Shown here: in pieces, positions 59,167 through 64,000 of the stretch
How positions within the stretch are numbered: position 1 is the first letter of the stretch
How the letters are laid out: each line of letters begins with the position of its first letter
Made by a program: the position numbers and the translations under genes
The notes under the pieces: generated by a model
What the model was told of the DNA's origin: nothing
Seen by the model: the letters and a program-made list of their open reading frames with translations, nothing else
The model's database searches: none
Origin: an uncultured Candidatus Saccharibacteria bacterium
Lineage (GTDB): Bacteria; Patescibacteriota; Minisyncoccia; Phycocordibacterales; UBA2163
Assembly (NCBI GenBank): GCA_964626705.1
Contig: CAZVGL010000003.1
Span: forward strand, 6,543-70,542
Direction of reading: 5' to 3'
Length of the DNA stretch: 64,000 nucleotides

Positions 59167-59370
59167 ATGACATTTCGTTACAGTATAGGAAAAATAGAAA
59201 TAGAAAAGCATGCCAGAAAGACACTTAGCAAACTTATACGGGATCATAATCATTTTGTAGACAAGGGCAAGTCACATGAAACAGACAAGATACGACCAAA
59301 TATAGTAAAAATGATAGGACAATACAACCTGAAAGTAAGTGGTTGTGGATGCATTCATGCACCACAATAA
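59167..59370 (+). CDS. Small hypothetical protein (67 aa from MTFRYS); the C-terminus carries CGC
   Basis: AAAGGGG RBS. A hairpin terminator follows at 59399-59439. Confidence 0.25.
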   Translation: MTFRYSIGKIEIEKHARKTLSKLIRDHNHFVDKGKSHETDKIRPNIVKMIGQYNLKVSGCGCIHAPQ

Positions 59371-59398
59371 CGAACAGATCAATTCGTAAGAATTAATA

Positions 59399-59439
59399 GC
59401 GAGAGGGCTAAAGCTAAATAGCCCACTCGCTTGTTTTTT
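59399..59439 (+). terminator. Rho-independent terminator (GCGAGAGGGCT...AGCCCACTCGC + T7)
   Basis: 11-bp stem read directly. It is followed by a TTGACT-N17-TACTAAT promoter (59452-59481) for topA. Confidence 0.65.
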
Positions 59440-59495
59440 ATCTAGAAAAATTTGACTAAAATAATACTTTGTAGTACTAATTAAACAATCATCGC

Positions 59496-59551
59496 TCCTC
59501 AAGGACTCGCCTCCGCTACACTTTGTTCCGCCGAGGAAAGTACTTTTCCCG
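59496..59551 (+). repeat. Copy C of the conserved intergenic element, located in the topA 5' leader (TCCTCAAGGACTCGCCTCC...CCGAGGAAAGTACTTTTCCCG)
   Basis: See copy A. Lies between the predicted TSS and the topA ATG, which has no SD sequence. Confidence 0.5.
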
Positions 59552-59568
59552 CGATGCACTAAAATAAA

Positions 59569-61809
59569 ATGACTAAACTTTTAATAGTAGAGTCGCCTGC
59601 AAAGGCGAAAACTATAACTAAATATTTAAACGACCTTCCAGACAGAACGGAAGATTTTGTTGTGACTTCTAGTGTCGGGCATGTACGTGACTTACCCAAG
59701 AACAATAAAAAAGCGATAGACATCGAAGCTGGTTTTGTCCCCAATTATGAAATAAGTCGTGGTAAGGAAAAAGTAATAGCTGAGATAAAAAGCAAAGCAA
59801 AAAAAGCAAGCGAAGTTCTACTCGCTACCGACCCCGACCGTGAAGGTGAAGCTATAGCTTGGCATTTAAAAGAAGTACTTGGCCTAAAAGACCCAAAAAG
59901 AATCGTTTTTAATGAGATAACAAAAGACGCCGTACAAGAAGCTATAGGGCATCCAAGGGAGATAGACGAGAACCTGCGTAAAGCGCAAGAAGCACGTCGT
60001 GTACTTGATCGCTTGGTGGGCTATGATCTTTCGGGACTTATCTGGAAAAAGGTTCGTTATGGACTCTCAGCTGGACGTGTACAATCCCCCTCTCTTAGAA
60101 TAATAATGGAGCGCGAGCGAGAGATCCGTGCTTTTATACCTGAAGACTTTTGGGTTATAACTGCTGATGTTAAAAATAAAAGCAATTCGCAATTCACACT
60201 TACTTGCGCAGAAGAACCCAGAGAAGAAAAAGAAATGCAGAGGATAATGGATGCAGGTAAAGTAGGCAAATGGAATGTAACTGATATAAAAGAAAGTGAA
60301 ATGAAACGCTCTCCTCGCGCGCCTTTTATAACATCAACCCTTCAACAAACAGCAAGCACAAGACTCGGTTTTGCACCATCCAAGACTATGGGTATCGCAC
60401 AGAAACTTTATGAAGCAGGTCATATTACTTACATGCGTACAGACAGTACTACAATGTCAAAGCAAGCGCATGCGCAAATAGTAAAAGTAGTTACTGACAA
60501 ATATGGCAAAGAGTATTACGAATCTAGAGTATTTAAAACAAAAAGTAAATCTGCTCAAGAAGCGCACGAAGCTGTACGTCCTTCTGATATAGCAAAAGAA
60601 TCTGCAGGTACTACAGAAGAACAGAAGAGACTTTATCGTCTTATATGGCAAAGAACTGTTGCTTCACAAATGACAGATGCCAAACTTTTGAAAATGAAAA
60701 TGATAGTAAATGCAGAAGGTAATGATGAGATACCTAACTTTACTACAAATGGCTCACGGACACTTTTTGACGGATGGTTTAAAGCAGACCCAGATGCACG
60801 AGGCGAAGACGTAGAGCTTCCAAAAGTAGACGTAGGTGAGACCTTAAAGCTTATAGAGATGCTGGAAGAAGCAAAACAAACACAACCGCCGTCACGATAC
60901 ACAGAAGCAGGGCTTATAAAAGAGCTTGAAAAAAGAGGCATAGGACGCCCTTCTACTTATGCATCTATTATGAGAACTCTCAACGACAGAGGATACGTAG
61001 AAAAACAAGGTAAAACTCTTTTCCCTACTGACACTGGTGACGTGGTTAGCTCTTTCTTAGAAGAGAATTTTGATAAATATATAAGTGATTCGTTTACAGC
61101 TGAGATGGAAGACGAGCTAGATGAAATAGCTGATGGAAAACGTGAATATGCAAAAACTCTTGCTGATTTTTATACACCGTTTACAAAAGACGTAGACTCT
61201 AAAAAAGATATAGAAAAAATAACAAACATGGGTGATGCACCAGAAGAATTTAAGTGCCCAGAGTGTAATGCTGCGATGGTTATCAAGCTTTCTAAGACTG
61301 GGAAATTTATGAGCTGTTCTAAGTTTCCAGACTGTAGTGGTGCACGAACCATAGAGGGCGAAGAGCTTGAAGGGCCAAAAGAAACTGGTGAAGATTGCCC
61401 TAAGTGCGGACTTACTTCTCCGGAAGAAAAAACTAAAACTGGCAAAATAAAAAAGAAAGAAGGTGGACGGCTTGTAGAAAGGGATGGGCGTTTCGGTAGG
61501 TTTATTTCTTGCAACAGATATCCTAAATGTAAATTTATAAAAACTTCACCAGAAGAGGAGGCTCGAATGAAGACAGGAATAAAATGTAATAAATGCTCTG
61601 ATGGTGAAATGTCAGAAAGACGTGGACGCTTTGGTATATTCTACAGCTGTTCTAACTACCCTACCTGCAAACATGCTATAAAAGCAAAGCCTACTGGCAA
61701 CTTCTGCGAAATGTGTAACTCCCTCATGATGGAAGGTACAAAAACTATCCCCGAGCGCTGTAGTGACAAGGTTTGCCCCAACCACAACCCACATAAGCTT
61801 AATAAATAA
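59569..61809 (+). CDS. topA: DNA topoisomerase I with C-terminal zinc-ribbon repeats
   Basis: TOPRIM (LLIVESPAKAKTI, DPDREGE) and the active-site Tyr region (ITYMRTDS). Four C4 zinc ribbons in the C-terminal third. Confidence 0.9.
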   Translation: MTKLLIVESPAKAKTITKYLNDLPDRTEDFVVTSSVGHVRDLPKNNKKAIDIEAGFVPNYEISRGKEKVIAEIKSKAKKASEVLLATDPDREGEAIAWHLKEVLGLKDPKRIVFNEITKDAVQEAIGHPREIDENLRKAQEARRVLDRLVGYDLSGLIWKKVRYGLSAGRVQSPSLRIIMEREREIRAFIPEDFWVITADVKNKSNSQFTLTCAEEPREEKEMQRIMDAGKVGKWNVTDIKESEMKRSPRAPFITSTLQQTASTRLGFAPSKTMGIAQKLYEAGHITYMRTDSTTMSKQAHAQIVKVVTDKYGKEYYESRVFKTKSKSAQEAHEAVRPSDIAKESAGTTEEQKRLYRLIWQRTVASQMTDAKLLKMKMIVNAEGNDEIPNFTTNGSRTLFDGWFKADPDARGEDVELPKVDVGETLKLIEMLEEAKQTQPPSRYTEAGLIKELEKRGIGRPSTYASIMRTLNDRGYVEKQGKTLFPTDTGDVVSSFLEENFDKYISDSFTAEMEDELDEIADGKREYAKTLADFYTPFTKDVDSKKDIEKITNMGDAPEEFKCPECNAAMVIKLSKTGKFMSCSKFPDCSGARTIEGEELEGPKETGEDCPKCGLTSPEEKTKTGKIKKKEGGRLVERDGRFGRFISCNRYPKCKFIKTSPEEEARMKTGIKCNKCSDGEMSERRGRFGIFYSCSNYPTCKHAIKAKPTGNFCEMCNSLMMEGTKTIPERCSDKVCPNHNPHKLNK

Positions 61810-61993
61810 TACCCTAAGAAGTTTTTGTAAGGCGGAGCCATGTCGTGAATACTTGGAACGACGGCGAGCCCGGGCAGGAGCCACTTAGTGAATGAAGAGC
61901 GCAGCAATGAATGAGCTTAGTGAGCTGACGCCGAAGACGATTCCAGAGCGAAAACTTGCCCCAAACACAATCCACACAAATTGGATAAGAAAT

Positions 61994-62019
61994 AAAAACA
62001 CCTATTAATAGGTGTTTTT
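61994..62019 (+). terminator. Rho-independent terminator (AAAAACACCTAttaaTAGGTGTTTTT) closing the topA downstream region
   Basis: Perfect stem plus T-run read directly. Confidence 0.6.
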
Positions 62020-62055
62020 ATTTGCAATACAAAATTAAAGGAATATGATTAAAAT

Positions 62056-63594
62056 ATGAATGTTAAAGATATTATAAATCTAATGACTTCCCCATCTGAG
62101 GAAGATATTATGCTAGTAAGAAAAGCATACTCTTTTGCAGACAAAGCTCACAAAGATCACAAAAGAAAATCTGGTGAACCATACATTATACACCTATATG
62201 AAACTGCGAAGATACTCGCAGGACTCGGTATGGGTGCCAAAACCATATCTGCAGGACTTTTACATGACTGCATTGAAGATGTTGGTGTCACAAGCGAACA
62301 AATAATAGAAGAATTTGGTGATGAAATAAATCGTCTTGTACTTGGTGTTACAGAACTTGGATTTCTTCGATATAGGGGGCAAAAAAAACATGCTGAATCT
62401 TTACGTAAACTTTTTGTAGTTACCTCTCAAGACCCTCGCATACTTATCATCAAGCTTGCTGACAAGCTACACAACATGCGTACGATAGAACACAATACAG
62501 AAGAAAGCCAACAGAGAAATGCACACGAGACACTTGAAATATATGCACAGATAGCAGACAGGCTCGGTATGGGGCAGATGAAAGGAGAGCTTGAAGATCT
62601 AGCATTTCCATACATACACCCTAAAAAATATAAAGAAGTACTCGCTCTACGAAAAGAACGAAACAAGGAAACACTAAAGAGGCTTTCAAAAATAGATAGG
62701 TCACTCAAAAAAGAACTTGCAAGAAATAATATTATAAAATTTAGAACTGACTACAGGATGAAGAGATTGTATAGCCTATACAAAAAACTTGAGAGAAAAG
62801 ATAGAGACATAGAGAAAATAAGAGATATTTCTGCACTTCGTATCACAGTACCTACTGTAGAAGACTGCTATAAAGTACTTGGAATAGCACACAGTCTATG
62901 GCGACCGCTTCCATGCAAGATTAAAGATTATATAGCCTTTCCACGCCCCAATGGATACCAAAGTTTACATACTACAATATTCACAGGTGACGGAGGGCTT
63001 ATAGAGATACAGATACGTACAGAAGAAATGCACAAAGAAGCAGAGTACGGCATAGCTTCACATATTGCATATAAAGGGTCTTTTGAAGAAAAGAAAAAAG
63101 TATCAAATCTAGTGTGGATGAGAGATTTGTTTTCTTCAAGAATCGCCAATACGATAAAGAAATTTCGAAATGGATCAGATAAAATAAAAGAAGATACGTC
63201 TGTATATCCAACAGACAAAATACCAAAATGGATCAAACAGATCGCGGAAGGACAGGAAAGTCTACCTGAATCAGAAGAATTCCTTGATGACCTAAAAACT
63301 GACTTCTTCAATTACAGACTTTTTGTATTTACTCCAAAAGGAGATGTTATAGACTTACCAGTAGACTCTAGTGTTATTGACTTTGCATATGCCATACATT
63401 CTGATGTCGGTAACCACCTGTCGGGCGGTAAAGTAAATGGAAAATTTGTGGCTATAGATACAAAACTAAATAATGGAGATATTGTAGATATAGAAACAAG
63501 AGAATCCAGCCACCCAACTGCAAAATGGCTTAATCATACAAAGACCTCTGTGGCACAGAGGAATATACGTAACATTGTTGCTGAGAAAAACTAA
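62056..63594 (+). CDS. Small RelA/SpoT-family (p)ppGpp synthetase/hydrolase (HD + synthetase + TGS domains, no ACT domain)
   Basis: HD motif (HLYETAKILAGL...HDCIEDV), synthetase motifs (RMKRLYSLYKKL, GDGGLIEIQIRTEEMH) and TGS (FVFTPKGDVIDLP...GDIVDI). 512 aa. Confidence 0.8.
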   Translation: MNVKDIINLMTSPSEEDIMLVRKAYSFADKAHKDHKRKSGEPYIIHLYETAKILAGLGMGAKTISAGLLHDCIEDVGVTSEQIIEEFGDEINRLVLGVTELGFLRYRGQKKHAESLRKLFVVTSQDPRILIIKLADKLHNMRTIEHNTEESQQRNAHETLEIYAQIADRLGMGQMKGELEDLAFPYIHPKKYKEVLALRKERNKETLKRLSKIDRSLKKELARNNIIKFRTDYRMKRLYSLYKKLERKDRDIEKIRDISALRITVPTVEDCYKVLGIAHSLWRPLPCKIKDYIAFPRPNGYQSLHTTIFTGDGGLIEIQIRTEEMHKEAEYGIASHIAYKGSFEEKKKVSNLVWMRDLFSSRIANTIKKFRNGSDKIKEDTSVYPTDKIPKWIKQIAEGQESLPESEEFLDDLKTDFFNYRLFVFTPKGDVIDLPVDSSVIDFAYAIHSDVGNHLSGGKVNGKFVAIDTKLNNGDIVDIETRESSHPTAKWLNHTKTSVAQRNIRNIVAEKN

Positions 63595-64000
63595 TTAAAG
63601 AGAGAAATTCTTTATAGAATATAAGTCTTCATCTTCTGCCTCTTCTTCTTTTTCATTTTCTGACCTATCGTCTAAGACTACCCCTTCTTCGACTGCTGGA
63701 TCAGCTGACTCTTCACCCACTTCTTTATTTGTATTTATAAACTTCTCTACTTCTTCTTGACCTTTTGCACCTTCTTCTTTGTTTAATACATCTAAGAGAC
63801 CTCGCAGATCGTCAGCAGAGAAGAAATCAATAGTTAGCTTACCTCCGACTTGTCTTTTTTCTATCTGTACTCTTGTACCCAGTGTTTCTGTAAGCTGGTT
63901 TTCAAGCTCTACTATTTCAGGATCAAATTTTAATGATTGCTTTCTTACTTTGTCTGACGCCACCCTTCTTGATATAGCTTCTGCCTCACGTACTGTAAGC
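63595..64000 (-). CDS. ParB/Spo0J-like C-terminal fragment with an acidic tail; the gene continues beyond the window edge
   Basis: The reading frame is open to position 64000. The C-terminal dimerisation-like segment LGTRVQIEKRQVGGKLTIDFFSADDLRGLLDVL resembles the ParB C-terminal domain. Weak call. Confidence 0.35.
   Translation of the reverse strand, partial: LTVREAEAISRRVASDKVRKQSLKFDPEIVELENQLTETLGTRVQIEKRQVGGKLTIDFFSADDLRGLLDVLNKEEGAKGQEEVEKFINTNKEVGEESADPAVEEGVVLDDRSENEKEEEAEDEDLYSIKNFSL

Noticed and set aside
415-63311. Numerous 60-180 aa plus-strand track ORFs inside minus-strand genes (e.g. 415-615, 1898-2343, 5250-5684, 6186-6665, 10484-10912, 32220-32885, 35112-35525, 42050-42466, 54930-55334, 57755-58591 minus, 60057-61514 minus, 62427-63311 minus)
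   Set aside because: They are antisense shadow ORFs: Ser/Leu/Phe-rich low-complexity translations, with no RBS, fully overlapped by well-supported genes on the opposite strand.
1-64000. Scan for CRISPR arrays, rRNA genes, transposase/integrase genes and additional tRNAs
   Set aside because: None recognised: no short regularly spaced direct repeats, no rRNA-like conserved blocks and no transposase or integrase motifs. Only one T-arm-like GGTTCGAGTCC (the tRNA-Gln) was found by eye.

Overview
This is a 64 kb AT-rich, gene-dense window of bacterial chromosomal DNA. Almost every gene is on the minus strand, separated by short intergenic spacers that carry strong hairpin terminators. The compact proteins, the xfp-ackA phosphoketolase pair, the shortened AlaRS/ProRS/MurF/HolB and the frequent -10 boxes abutting start codons suggest a reduced-genome lineage such as Candidate Phyla Radiation/Patescibacteria. 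This is an inference and cannot be confirmed without a search.

Recognisable housekeeping genes:
- A dcw cluster (mraZ-rsmH-ftsL-ftsI-murF) and a rod-shape cluster (mreB-mreC-mreD-like-mrdA).
- Four tRNA synthetases (lysS, alaS, proS, serS) and one tRNA-Gln(UUG).
- Other housekeeping genes include pcm, pepF, greA, rseP, frr, a truncated holB, dnaX, a dus, rlmB-like and dprA-topA.
- Further loci are an RND pump with its adaptor, xfp-ackA, an ECF sigma/anti-sigma pair and a small Rel/SpoT.

The most unusual region is the roughly 11 kb minus-strand block at 20.2-31.5 kb, which encodes:
- a NIT-domain/HAMP protein;
- two tandem bacteriohemerythrins;
- a Cache-like/HAMP protein;
- a large dCache-HAMP-PAS histidine kinase;
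- three stand-alone CheY-like receivers, with no DNA-binding output domain anywhere;
- an adjacent pair of surface proteins, one ending in a dockerin-like Ca-binding repeat pair and the next beginning with a cohesin-like domain and ending in a transmembrane anchor. No canonical start codon separates the two.

Other observations:
- A duplicated promoter/hairpin/promoter/terminator cassette at 47.5-48.8 kb carries different small ORFs.
- A roughly 55-nt intergenic element occurs three times in the same orientation, at 52.6, 55.5 and 59.5 kb.
- Three small hydrophobic peptide genes lie in one 700 bp spacer.
- GC-rich structured segments lie at the left window edge and downstream of topA.
- A 15-nt duplication of the tRNA-Gln 5' end lies just upstream of that gene.

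All functional calls rest on motif recognition by eye; no database search was possible.
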